From positions 143,909,741 to 143,973,740 of the forward strand of contig CM041465.1 of the NCBI GenBank assembly GCA_023213395.1: DNA of 64,000 nt, in the 5' to 3' direction. Of the stretch, positions 42,746-56,204 are shown piece by piece. The position numbers and the translations under genes were made by a program. The notes under the pieces were generated by a model that saw only the letters and a program-made list of their open reading frames with translations, was not told the origin of the DNA and searched no databases. The first letter of the stretch is position 1. Each line of letters opens with the position of its first letter. This DNA is from Cycas panzhihuaensis. Lineage: Eukaryota > Plantae > Cycadophyta.

Positions 42746-45700
42746 TGATAGAATCATCCATAATCTAAAATCTATGTGCTATTGGTATAATATCAAGCTA
42801 GGCTATCATAATAATGCAATAAACATGCAAAATAAGAGTAGAACAAAGATAAAGCAACATTCACAGGCGAATTGGTCACCACGTGAGGCTCCAAACTGGA
42901 AGAGCTTCTACATATAGTATGGGGCTTAATTTCTAAGCATTTCACTAAGATTTTTAATAATACAATTGGTTGACTAAGCAACACATATGGCGGACCCAAC
43001 CTGAATATAAAATATTATTAAATTTATAATATAGATTACCAATAATACACAATAATCATATAATGTATATAAAAATACATTGAAATGAAGGTGTTATTAT
43101 AAAGTTTTAACACCCTCCCTTAATAGTAACTTCATTTCTTCTAATGCTACGGTTATATCAAAATTTCTCAAACTTTGGTTTACTAAGAGCTTTAGTCAAG
43201 ATGTCTACAACCTGGTCCTTAATTAGATGATAGACAATATCAGCTTCTCCATCTTAAACATGTTCACGGATGAAGTAATGATGGACCTCAATGTGTTTAG
43301 TTTTGTCATGGAAAATAGGATTCTTTATCATCTTCAATACACTTTGATTGTCACAATAGAGGATGGTGGATGTATATTATTAAAATCCAAGCTTAGTGAG
43401 AATCCTTCTAAGTTAATTCAACTTTGTTATAGCATGGATAGCTACTTTGAATTTAACTTTGATGGAGGAAAGGGTAAATTTTGGCTACTTCTTATAACTC
43501 CAAGAGATTATAGTTGAGTTCATATCAAAGCAGTATCCTAAAGTTGAATGGTGAGTGTCCTAGCAACTTACCTAATTAGCATATGTATGTCCCTTTAAGA
43601 GAGTCAGTTTAGTTGTATTCAAGACCAAATTTATGTGTGCTACAAATATATTTGAGGAACCTGGTTATGACTTTCCAATGGGATGCTTTAGGATATGACA
43701 TGTACGTAGAGTAAATCACAACTACATATGATATATCCAGTTGAGTGTGGGTGAGATAGATGAGGCTCCCAACTAATTGCCACTACAAAGTGGGATCAAA
43801 TGACTTTCCTTCATTTTCTAGGTTTAGCTCAGTTCCTATTTCCATAAGAATTTGAGTTGGCTTACATTCCATCATCTTGAATATTTGGAAGAGCTCATTA
43901 GTATATTTTGTTTGAGATAGGAAGATGTGGCCTAGTTCTTACAAAACTTCAATTCTAAGGAAGTAATGGAGCAACCTAAGATATATCATCTCAAAGTTAC
44001 TTTTTAGCTTTAATTGAAGCTAAGTTATACCTTCAGTGTCATTCCTAGTGATTACAAGATTGTCCACATAGAGAACTATGATTGTGATCAAGTTATTTCT
44101 AACCCACATATATGGGTATGGGTCATAGGGTGGACAATTGAATCTATGCTTAATAAGAATGTATCAATCTTTGCATGCTAGTCATGTGATGCCTATTTGA
44201 GTCCATATAGGGATTTCTTGAGTTTACAGATAAAGTGTTCTTGGATTGGAACAATATAATCAGGGAGTTATTTTAAGAAAACCTCTTCTTTGAGCTCTCC
44301 ATTGAGGAAAGCACTCTTCATATCCATTTAGTAGATAGGCTAATTAAATTGGGCTATAAGTGACATCACTAAATAGAATATGGTCATGCTTGGCCACTAA
44401 TGCAAAGGTCTCATCGTAGTCAATCTCTTCTTATTATTTGAAACCTTTTGCTATAAGATGAGCTTTATGATTCTCAATTATGCTATTTACATGGAATTTT
44501 ATTTTGTATAACCATCTGTAATCAATTATCTTTTTCCTAGATGGCAATTCTGTTAGCTCCCAAGTATTGCTTTTAAAGATGGAATTCATCTCTTTATCCA
44601 TAACTACTTTCCATGTTTGATCTTTGATTGCCTCCTCAAATATGAAAGGTTTAGGGGATTTTAGGACACATGTTATTAAAGTAAAATTTATGGAATGTCT
44701 CATCTTTAAAGGCTTTTTGGTAATTATGGGAGGAGGAGGAGTACCCTTTAATAACTATTGAACCCACTTAGGAGGTGGTCTAATACTAGTGGCTTCTACC
44801 TAAAGGGCATAAACTAAAATAGATGGCAAGGTTGTTCTTGCTTGTGTTGTTGAAGTAAATACTACTAGAATCGATTAAGGAACTTGTGTGTACGAGGAGG
44901 CTAGTACTAGTGGCTCTAGAATTTATCTAAGAGTCACTTGAGATGCACCAACTTCATCTGTAGTTACAAACTGAGGTTAGGATGGAGTTAGGTCCTCTCT
45001 ATCCTCTATAAATATTACATCTCAAGTTGTGTATGCTTGGTTCCAAATAATATGAAATGCTTTATAGGATTTGCAACCTATGTATATAACCAAGGAAGAT
45101 ATATTTTAGACTCGTCATCAAGCTTCTTTTTGTTCTTCTTTAGAATAAGTTTATATGATGTGCAACCAAAAGTCTTTAAGTGCACAACACTCGGTTTCTG
45201 TCATGACCAAGCTTTCTTATGAGTGATGTTCCTAACTATAACTATGGGACTTATGTTGGTTAGGTATGTAGTAGTGGCAATTATATTATCCTATAATCTA
45301 GTGGCTAGATTAGCAACACTAAGCATGGATTTTCATTTATTTAGTAATGTCTAGTTCATCCTTTCAGCTAGATTATTTTGTTGTGGTGTATGGGGTGCCA
45401 AAAATTGGTATTAGATGTCATGTTCCTTACAAAAGTTATTGAATTAATTGGAGATATACTCACTACCATTATCAAATTTAAGGGTCTCGATTGTCATATC
45501 ACTCTTATTTTCATCTACAACTTTGAACTCTTTGAATTTATCTAGGGCTTAGTACTTATTTCTTAAGAAGTATACCCACATCTTCCTTGAGAAGTTATCT
45601 ATGAATATTATGAAAAGTAGGATCCCATGAAGTGATTGGATTGATATGGGCCTACAAATATTGAGTGGACCAACTCTAATGGTTGTGAGGCTCTCTATGT

Positions 45701-48700
45701 ATTTTTAAAAAGGAATTTTTCTCTTTATTACTTTCCCCTTAGGTATGCATTGCATATTCTACTATATCTCTTAATTTTAGGTAAATCATATACCATTTGA
45801 AGCCTAGACATAAGGTTCAAGCTTTGTATATTTAAGTGACTAAGGCATTAATGCCATAATTAGTCTTTAGAGTTGTTTAGAGTGACCTTTTCTTCTAAAT
45901 AAGAGTATTCTCCTAATTCCTAGATATAAGGGGATTCTTCAACTAGTATACCTTCCCTCTTATCAAGTTGAGCACTTTGGGCTATTAAGTAGGATTTATT
46001 TTGTTAAGTAATGGTAAGGAGGACATCATCTAGCCTATATAAATCACTATCTTTATATCCTATGGCAACACGTTTTCTAGTTGCATCTTTTATAATGGTA
46101 CAGATGCCCTAACAAAAGAGGATATTAAGGTTTTACTTGTCTATTTGATTGATGGAGAGCAGGTTCATTTTCATTCCTAAAACAAGAAACACATTATTGA
46201 TATCGTGCCTAATGTTGAAATCTTTTATAAGGATTAGAGCCCTACTAATTTTGGTCATATCATATGTCAAATTATCACCAAATATAATTGTTTAGGTGCT
46301 TATTGGGTAGGTATCTTCCAACATCTTCTCTAAACCAGTCATGTGTCTAGTTACACCTAAGTCAAGGAGCCAAGAATTATTATCAAGTTGAGAGGACAAA
46401 GTTGCAAGGAATAGGTTGTGAGACGAGGAATCCTAGTTGTCTTTGACATTGCCTCCTTATTGTTGAATATTTTACTAGTTCCTTTAATTTATATTGGGTA
46501 ACCACTATCTATTATATAGTCTTTGGCTCTGAGAGGTCTTGGATTCAAATTTTGTTGGTAAAATTAGCCTTGTGGTTAAAATGATGGACCTCCTTATGGA
46601 TAGAAAGAGCCTTCTTATTATGAAATAGGGCCACCTTGTTAGAAATAGAGGGCTTCTTGTTATAAAATGGGACCTCCTTATTGTGGATAAGGGACTCCTT
46701 ATGGAGGGCATGGTCCTCCTTGTTTATAACTTTGTCTTTATTACTGGTAACTTAGACCACCTTATTAATAAGAAGGTGCTCCTTATTGATAAAATGGGGA
46801 TACTTGTGGATAATATAGGATAGCTTATTAGAAGCTGGATCTATAAGATTAGCTCCCTTAATTTTACAAGAGTTATACATCATCTTGATGTCTCTTGCAT
46901 TCAATAACAAGGTGACTAGTTTTTCCACAGTAAAGGCAAGTGACATTTGGTCTACTCTACTAATTCTTTTATGTTTGTGACTGTGGTTGTTATTGGGACT
47001 ATTAAGGCTACTGATTTGGATTAGAGAAGGTGCTAACTAGATGTTGTTACTATTGAGTTAGCTACTGATGTGGTTCTTAAGAGATGTTGAGAGAGTCTAA
47101 TTATTAGGCAAGATTTTGGAGCTAATCAGGCTACTGAGTTGTCCTTTGTATAGTCTTGCCTCTTTCTAAATTATGGGATGCAAAGATAGGGGCCAAGTTA
47201 GAAGTAGGTGTAACCCTAAGTCGATTGAGAATGTTCTCTTCTCATAGTAAGATTCCATCAAAGGTGATGAAGTCCATTTTTAAATAATTATTATGAAGTT
47301 TTGAGATAAATCTATTATATTCTATGGGTGGAATATTTAGAATGCTAGATATTAGATCATGGTTTGAAGGTGGTTCACCTAAGATTATTAATTGGTTTCT
47401 AATGGATTTTACTTTAGTTAACTGGGATATAATAGTACCTATAAAAAGAATATCAAATTGGTGTGCTCATGAGAGGTTTGGGCTATCTCAATGTTTTGGT
47501 CCATCTAGTCTTCTACTACCAAGTGGAGGAAGGATAAGGCAATATTATCCTTAACTTTAAAATTAGCTAAGGTAATAGGATTAGAAGGAATGACTATGGT
47601 AGAGTCAATGGGATCTATCATAGGTATGGGAAAGGGTATGTTTCCATTGACAAAGGCTCAAAAATCATTCATGATAAGTAAAATTTTTACTTTTTTTAAG
47701 GGATAAAATTGTTGATGCCATTAAGTTTAATATTATTAGATAATAGCATTTGTGATGCTATTCTTCTTTTTCTTTTTTCTTTTTTTTTCTTTTTTCTTTT
47801 AATCTTTAAAGGTTATGTGCTTGTGTAATAGTCTACCTAGGGGGCTACTAATCTAGAATTCTAAGTTTAAAGGGTCTCTAAGAAAGTTCTTGGGTACTAT
47901 TTTATCTAGTCGCACCTATCCACAAGTGGCAAACCAAGGATCCTCTATACTAGTACATAAGCTTAAGGCTCTATATACCTCAGTATAGGGCCTATAATGA
48001 AGGTTTATGACCCCCCTAATTTATGTCTCTACCTATGTTAGACTTATGTTTAATAGTAGATCTAGTAGTAAGAACTTAACCAACCGAGGCACTCACCCCC
48101 TTTAAGTCTAGCCTGGTCTCCAATCTCTAAGGGGAAGCTTTCCACCTTAGCCTACCACTTAATACACCTTATAGATAAAGGTTTCCTCAACAAATTAGAG
48201 AAAGACCAGTGGCATATATAAAATGGTAACTTCAGGGGTCTTAATTGTTCCCCTTACAAGGTTGGTAAAGATGTGGTTAATTAGGGAGTTATATTATTTA
48301 ATGTGACAAAGTTGATTTTATAATATGAATTATTGCAAGCAAAGGTTCCTTTATAATAAAAATAGCCAAAAGATTATATGAAAATAAAAGAAATTAAAGG
48401 ACAATGAAGGGTTTAAAATGCTCTTTAAGTGGGCTTGTATAAAAAAAATCCACTTCAATCTTCCAAGAGTGACATCTATAAAAAATAAAGCCAAACATGT
48501 TGTTAGCCTAAAAAATAGATTAGGATAACTGACTAAAGGTTAATAACAATATAAAACAATAAAAGAACTTTTAAAAAATAAAATTTAGCCTTTAAAAGTG
48601 AGAAAAAGTCTTAAATAAGCTCAAACACTAAGTTCAATTTTAGTAGCCTATAACTTCTATAAAATAGGCTCAAACTAGGCTCAATCTAACCCTAAGTTAT

Positions 48701-50149
48701 AACCCTCTAAATCCTCTTTTTGATTATTTAAACAATTTAAAAAATAGATTCCTGATTGTAAAGATATTACATAAATGGTGATAAGTACTCATATGTGCTT
48801 CAAACTTCAGAGGGATGGGCTTAAGCCCCTTCAAAAAGAAGCCCTTGGTCACCTATTAACTACATAGAACCACCTGTTGACATAGCTAAGGGGCTAATAG
48901 ACCTGAAATATTATCAAATATAACCTAAATTATTTTATTTTGTAATAGGAATATAAAATAACATATAGTTATTTGAGTTCCTCCCTATTTTATGATGATT
49001 ATGGTTAAATGAAGCACAAATAAAACTAGATCTAAGGGGTTAAAGGCATATTTGAGTTGTAAATTTAAATCTAACTTAATTTTTCAAAACATTATAGATT
49101 AAAAAGATGATTAAAGAAAAATGTTGGAAGATTTTCAAGGCGTGTGACTTCCACAGTGATCGTGCAACTTTATACAACTATTGGGTAACTTGTGAGATCA
49201 AACAAGAGCTGGATCTCTTAGTATTTTACTTTAGGATTATTAGAGCGGGGACATAAGGCCTATAGGAAGAGATTACATTGATTTTTTATGCAAAACAAGC
49301 CCCAAATGAGTAAAAATAGGCTACAATCTACGTGGAGGCTCCATGATCAAAATTGATTAGAAATAAGCTTAGAACAGCAGAAAACTCCCCTAAATGGACT
49401 CCTACAGACTATAAATAAGGCCAACACACCACCAGAGAGGAAGATGAAGCTCCAGCAAGTGATTTTATCTCGATCTAGGGTTAAAACAACTTAAAAATTG
49501 GTAGTTTCCTTCGTTATTAATTAAAAGATAAAACTCTAGTCATATATGACCACAAATAGGCTAAATATTAGTAATATGAGACTAAAATAAGCTAAAGAGA
49601 GCCTACACTCATGTCAAAATAGCTATATGCACTAATAACTAAGAGAGAAAATTAGAGAAAGTATGAGGATGGGGTGTTATTATGAGAAAATTGGACTCCA
49701 TTTATCACTATTTTCTCAAAAAACTTCAAACTAGAGTAAATGCAAGCTTTAATACCATGATAAAATCATCTAAAATCTAAAATCTATATGCTACTAGCAT
49801 AATATCAAGCTAAACTATCACAATAATACAATAAACACGTAAAATAAGAGTAGAGCATAGATAAATCAATGTTCATAGGTAAATTGGTCACCACTTGAGG
49901 CTCTAAATTGGCAGAGCTTTCATGTATACTTAGAAATCATATACAAATGAATAGTGTAGGGATTAATTTATAAGCATCCCACCAAGATTTTTAATAATAT
50001 AATTGGCTGACTAAGCAGCACATACGACAGACCTAACTTGAATATAAAACATGATTAAATTTATAATAAAGGTCACCAATAATATATAATAATCATATAA
50101 TGTACATAAAAATACATTGAAATGAAGGTGTTATTATAAAGTTTAAACA
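42746..50149 (-). mobile_element. Degenerate full-length Ty1/copia element with about 2 kb leader
   Basis: LTRs 42746-43112 and 49758-50149; PBS TGGTATTAAAGC 49746-49757; PPT 43113-43122; gag KLNGINNF about 47720, CLYCGKTSHLVIEC about 46900, WLLDLGVTRHMTG about 46360, INT TPQQN about 45385, RT NTWELTELP..KAHLIAKG, RH to about 43150. Confidence 0.9.
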
Positions 50150-53073
50150 ATACTAACATGTTACAAGATATTAGTAGAAGATATACCACTAGAAGTATAG
50201 AAGATAATAGATGAACATTATTCAGTGTTTAAAGAGCCATAAGGGCTCCTTATAAAATGTGAGCATAAACATGCCATTAAGTTAGTACTGGGAGTAGCTC
50301 CAGTGTGCATCTAGCCCTAAAGGCACCTATATCATTTGAGGAAAGAAATCAAAAACATTACTTAGAAACTCCTACTCCAAGGGACTACTATAAATAATAC
50401 AAGTCCACTCGCATCACCAGTAGTAGTGAATCTGAAAAAGGATAGATCGTATAAAATATACATTGATTAGTGCAGACTAAATAATTTAACAGCAAAGAAT
50501 TCTTATCTTATTCCCTAAATAGATGATTTATTAGATGAAATTCATGGAGTAAGATACTTCTCAAAAATTAACCTTTGATATGGGTACTATCAGATATGCA
50601 TTAAAGAGAAGGATATTTTTAAGATAGCTTTGTGCACCTATGAAGGACTATTTGAGTTCAAATTTAAACCTTTTGGATTAACAAATGCTCTGGCAATGTT
50701 CTAAAGCACAATGAACTCAATACTCAAACCTCTAGTATGAAAGTTCATGCTAGTCTTTTTTAGCAATATTCTGATATATAGCAAAACATGGGAGGAGTAT
50801 CTAAATCATATAAGGAAAGTTCTACTAATCTTAGAAAAAGGACAATTCTACATAAACAAGAAGAAATACCTAGGACATATTATCACAAGAGACAGTATCA
50901 AAATAGATCTAAAGAAGACAAAAGACATCATCAATTGGTTAATGCTAAAAAACGTAATAGGGCTAAGAAGCTTCTTAGGAGCAGTAGGATTTATTCAAAT
51001 TTTCATCAAGGGATATACATATATTACATCCCTATTAACTAATCTTATAAGAAAGGATGCTTTTGGATGGAATCCCTTGGTAGAAGATGCTTTTTAAGAA
51101 CTCAAAAAGGTAATGGTTATGGCACCATTCTTAGCAATACTAGATTTCACCTAGCCATTTATCCTAGAATGTGATGCTTCAAGATTCAAAATTAAGGCAA
51201 TTCTATTGTAAAAAGAGTGGCCAATAGCATATGAAAGTAGGAAGTTGAATAATAAAGAGAAGATAAAGCTAATATATAATAAGGAGATGTTGGTGATCAT
51301 GCATGCAATTCAATAATGGAACTAATATTTATTGGGAAAAAATTTTATAGTCAAGATAAATCACAACATCTTGAAATACTTTTCAAACTAGAAAATATTA
51401 TCTAACAAATAGAAAAAATGGGTTATTAAGCTGTAAATATTTGACTGGAGTATCGAGTACAAAAGGGGAAAAGAGAATATCATAGTAGAAGCTCTACTAA
51501 GATTATTGGATTAGAGAAATGGAGAATTTCCCTTAAGGCAATAATAGTGGCCACCCCTAGTTGGACCCAAGAACTAGTTAAAGAATATAAGGTTGACCCA
51601 TTCTCACAAAAAGTACTAAAAGATATACGAGACTAGAAGACATCAAAGTTTGAATTGCATTGAGATCTAATTCTATAGAAAGGAAAGATATTCATCTAAA
51701 TAACATCCAAGATAAAAGAGACTATATTAGAACAAGCCTACTCAACACCAATAGTAGGACACATATGGATAGAAAAAACATATCAAAAGATATGAAATTT
51801 CTTCTACTGGAAAGGAATGAAAGTAGACACCCTCTGAATCAGTACATGACACCTATCAACATAACAAGAGTGAATATCTAAAAAACCTAACTCCATTACA
51901 ACCCTTACATACCCCTCATCAAAAATAGGAAGAGATTTCTATGGATTTTATTAGAGGACTTCCTCAATTAGAAAGCAAGGATGTTATTTTCGTAGTAGTA
52001 GATAGGTTCACAAAGTATGCATACTTTAAAGGTATACAATCTATGGCAAAAGTAAGTCAAATAGCAGAAGTATATATGAAGGAGATACATCTCTTATATG
52101 ATTTTTTCAAGGTCACAATTAGTGATCGAGACCCAAAATTCACATGACATTACTAGTAGGATTTATTTAAATTAACAAAGACAAAGACACACATGAATAC
52201 AACTTATCATCTACAAAAAGATAAGTAGACTGAAGCGGTAAACAAATGCTTGGAGGGATACCTAAGGAATTTCTCTTTAGACAAGAAATATTAATGGCAT
52301 AAATGGATCTACTTAGCAGAATGATGGTATAATATAACATACCACACAATAGTAAGAATGATATCATTCCAAGTACTATAGATATGAACCTCCATCTATA
52401 CTCACATGGGCAAAGGTATAATAGATATAATCAGTATGTGAGCAATAAGAGAAAATAAAATAAATAGTTTAGATATTAAAAGATAATTTGGACACTATAA
52501 ATAATATGATGAAGTAATAAGTAAATGTAAAAAGATCAACAAGTAGCTTTGAAATAAGGGATTAGGTCTTCCTAATACTTTAACCCTATAATCAAATATT
52601 AATAAGGTAGGCAAACAAATAAAAGTTAGCTCTACAATTCTTTAGATCATACCAAATTAGTGAGAAAATTAAAGAAGTAGTATATTGATTAATCCTACCA
52701 CTAAGAAATAAAATTCATAATGTCTTTTATGTATCTTATCTAAAAAAAAAATAGGGGAGAAAATAACCTTCCAAATAGTAGTTCCAAAATTAGATAAAGA
52801 AGAAAAATTGATTATTAAACCAAAAGGTGTCTTATAGATAAGGACAAGAGAGTTACGATCTTAAAAAGTTAAGAAGTTCCTTATAAATTAGAAACCCCTA
52901 GACTTAAAAGATGCAACTTGGGAGTTTGAAGCATGGATGCAATAACATCCTAATTTACCCATGCTTTAAGGGAAAAGTATGGTTTCGAGGGGAGGGACTT
53001 ATAACAACTCTAAATACTCGGTCTAGTTAACCTCCAACAAAGTAGGAAAGTTGATCTTAAAAGTATGATTAAA

Positions 53074-53081
<8 letters not shown>

Positions 53082-53163
<82 letters not shown>
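53082..53163. repeat. (TA)n of about 41 units inside the 3' LTR of the Reina-like element
   Basis: Direct inspection; the 5' LTR has only TATATAT at 40331-40337. Confidence 0.95.
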
Positions 53164-53166
<3 letters not shown>

Positions 53167-56100
53167 AACTTCACATGCTAGTTTTGGCCAACTTCTAAGA
53201 CAGAATTATCACTTATTATGTCTATTTCTGGTTGACTTCTATCATGATTAAATGAGTGCTATTTAAAGAGAAATTTAGGTAACTTTAAGGCATCATTTAG
53301 GAGTGTTATTAGCTACCATAATTTTGGCCTTAAAGTTATAATTATTGTGGAGGGAACCTCACCTCAAACAGGAGAATTATCATAAGTGATGTCTCTATAA
53401 GTTGTATTTAATATTTATCCAATATTATCATATATTTCTAGTATTTAGGAATAGTATATCTTGTTTATTTATACGTAAATCATTGGAAGGTATATATATT
53501 GCATATATTTGCTCTATTATATCCTTTCCTTCTAAAGAAATCCATCCACCATCACTAAATCATAACCTTTAAAATAGAAAAGTTTTAAATAAAACCTTGA
53601 AACTTTATCAAAATTCCGTTAGTGTTTCTATTGCACATGAGGAATTTTGACAGTATAGGAATGATTTGAGTCATCCAAAACTCTATAAAAAGAGTTAGGA
53701 CACTCTGGTTACTTGAAAAATACCCTTCCTTACCATTAGTTCTGGTTACTTGAAAATTACCCTTTAGTGGGAACAAACTCCTTGTGAATTAAGAATCAGA
53801 ATAAGGAAATGGAATCAACAAATATCCTTGCTTAATGGAGATTTAAATTAAGAATTAAAACTAGTTTAATCCTCCACAATAACCATTTTTAATACTTTCA
53901 ACAATGTGATAAGGACTTAGAAATCAAACTCGATTTAATTCCAAGTCAAATCACCCAACAAACTTGAAGGAATAAATAATCTTTATGAAAGAAATAACAA
54001 TGAAAACTCTTTTTTTTATTTAATTTTTTTAGATTAATCTAAAGAAATATAATCTAATTATTGAAACCAAAGATTAAACTATAAAAAAGTTACTTCAAAC
54101 TTGATAAAGATCTATGTCATATATATCTCAGATTAACACTATATTCTTGTCTAACAATTTACAAAGAAGCTCCAAGCACCATAAGGATGGTGCACTTAAT
54201 AGCAATGAGTGTTATGGGAGAGGAGAATGTATGAAAAAAACTAGTTAAAACTAAAGGAAGAAGACTCTAGTAGGTGACTCAAAGGATAGGTTTGAGAATT
54301 AGGCAGTAATTAAGGTAAAGGTAAACCTCCAATCTCTCTAGTAGAGTTCATAATCTTCTAAGAAGATGAGTTTTAATCCACTTTAAACAACAACAAGATA
54401 CTAACAAAAAGTGTTTGTAAAAATTTTGTAGAATTTTGTTACATTAAAAGCTCTCTCCCATAGAAGGTCATAACAAGATCATTATTGAAGGGGACTCTTT
54501 AAATGTAATAAACATACTCAGAAAGGAGGTTGTTCCTAATTAGAAATTGGCTTCCATGATTAAATATATTCAAAGAGCCCTTAGGAGCAGAGAGAGGGTG
54601 AAGATTTCTCATACGTATAGAGAAGGGAATGGGGTTACTGATAGATTGGAAAATTAGGGAGTTTATCATCAAAGAAATTATGTATAGAAAGAGGATTTCC
54701 CTAAGGAGGTTTTGAGTCATATGAAGGAGGATTTGATTTCCATAATCTATATGCAAGATCTAAGTTAGCCATTGGGGAAGTTAGAGGAAGTTAGGCCATG
54801 GGCTTCCCATGGTAGTTTTGAAGGTCCTTATCTCTATTAGAGGACCTAAGCTAGCCACGAGGCTTATTGTGGCATGGGGGGATTATTAGGTTTTTTAAAT
54901 GTTAAGGGATAGCTAGGCCATGGGCTTGTCATGGCAGATATGAAGGTTAAAAGGCAACTTTTGTAATAGGGTTGGGGCCCTACAAACCCCTACATTTATA
55001 CCATATCAAAAAAAATAAAAAACTCTCTCCCACCTTCTAAAAATACACAAGCATTTATATAAGATCAAAGGGGGAATAATAAATGGAAAAACCATGGTTT
55101 CGTTGATTTTTATTTAATTGTATCTTGCATGAAGGAAGGTGAGATAATCATGAATTAGTCATGGTAGGTGATGCAATACCAAACTACAAGTTTAGGTAGA
55201 AATCAAAGCAAAATTCATGAAAAATTAATGTTTTACTTCTTAATTTTTGGATGTGACATTCAAAAATATAATAAATAACTTTAAAAATATATTTTATAAT
55301 TAAAATGAAAAACATAGAAGTTGTCATGTTTTATTTGTAATGTCACATTTTTGGTATTGTCAAAAACTTGACAAGTCAAGAAGGCCCAAAAAATAGAAAT
55401 AAAAAGTAGATTTCAATAAAAGTGGCCTACAAAGGTTTTTTAAAGACATTAATAAGTCCAATGGGAAGTAGAACATGAAGAGAAAAGGCTAAAAAGTGGT
55501 AGAAATAAGACTAGAATTAATTAAAATGCTTGAAAGTGTTGAAAGAGAAACTAGTTAAAAAGGGCCAACTTGGAGCAATTTACAAATTATGTTGGACAAG
55601 AGCATTAAATCATAGTATCAATCATTAATAAAAGAAGATCATCAAAGTCACATACATTTAGTCATCTAATTAGCAATCTCTCAATTTGCATGATTTAAAA
55701 TCAAATAATGCATGTTCAACCATATCCTAACCAAATTCCACACCATTAAACAATCAAGCAAAAGAAAGCTCATAACTAAAATGCTAACCAAATGGCATCC
55801 ATTACATAACTAGAAATTATAACTACCAAGTGACTTGAGAAAATAAACCAAGACATGAACCTGATTATACCAAAAGGGTCAATTATGGTGAAACACTTGG
55901 TAATGGTGTACTTGAGGAATAATAGGTTTCACCAAGTTATATATATCAAGCTAAAGTATAAGAATATTGGCCAATGTCAAATTATAAAGAAGATCAATGA
56001 CAATGCTTGTAAGGTAAATCCACCTCATAGATTTGATATCTCTTTAATATTTAATGTTCTTAATTTATATATTTTTCAAGAGGGAGATGAAAATAGAGAG

Positions 56101-56204
56101 ACGAATTAGAGGCAATATATATCAAGGAAGAAAATAGAGGAGATAAACTAAATATTAGATAGGAAGATAATGCACATAAGGTAGGGAAGTTATAACAGGT
56201 ATTT

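Larger units (their letters stand above)
40247..53559 (+). mobile_element. Degenerate chromovirus (Reina-like Ty3/gypsy) interrupted by a copia insertion
   Basis: LTRs 40247-40742 and 53000-53559; imperfect TSD TCGTC/TCATA; gag about 40800-41800, PR ILVDGDNTYNFI about 41990, RT 50300-50900, RH LECDAS about 51165, INT MDFIRGLP..VVVDRFTKYAYF..ISDRDPKFT, chromodomain KDATWE about 52910; PPT GAGGGGAGGGA 52987-52997. Confidence 0.88.

Noticed and set aside
46505-46946. ORFs 46505-46711 and 46752-46946 as independent small proteins
   Set aside because: Off-frame readings of the Gag heptad repeat; the zinc-knuckle frame is the relevant one
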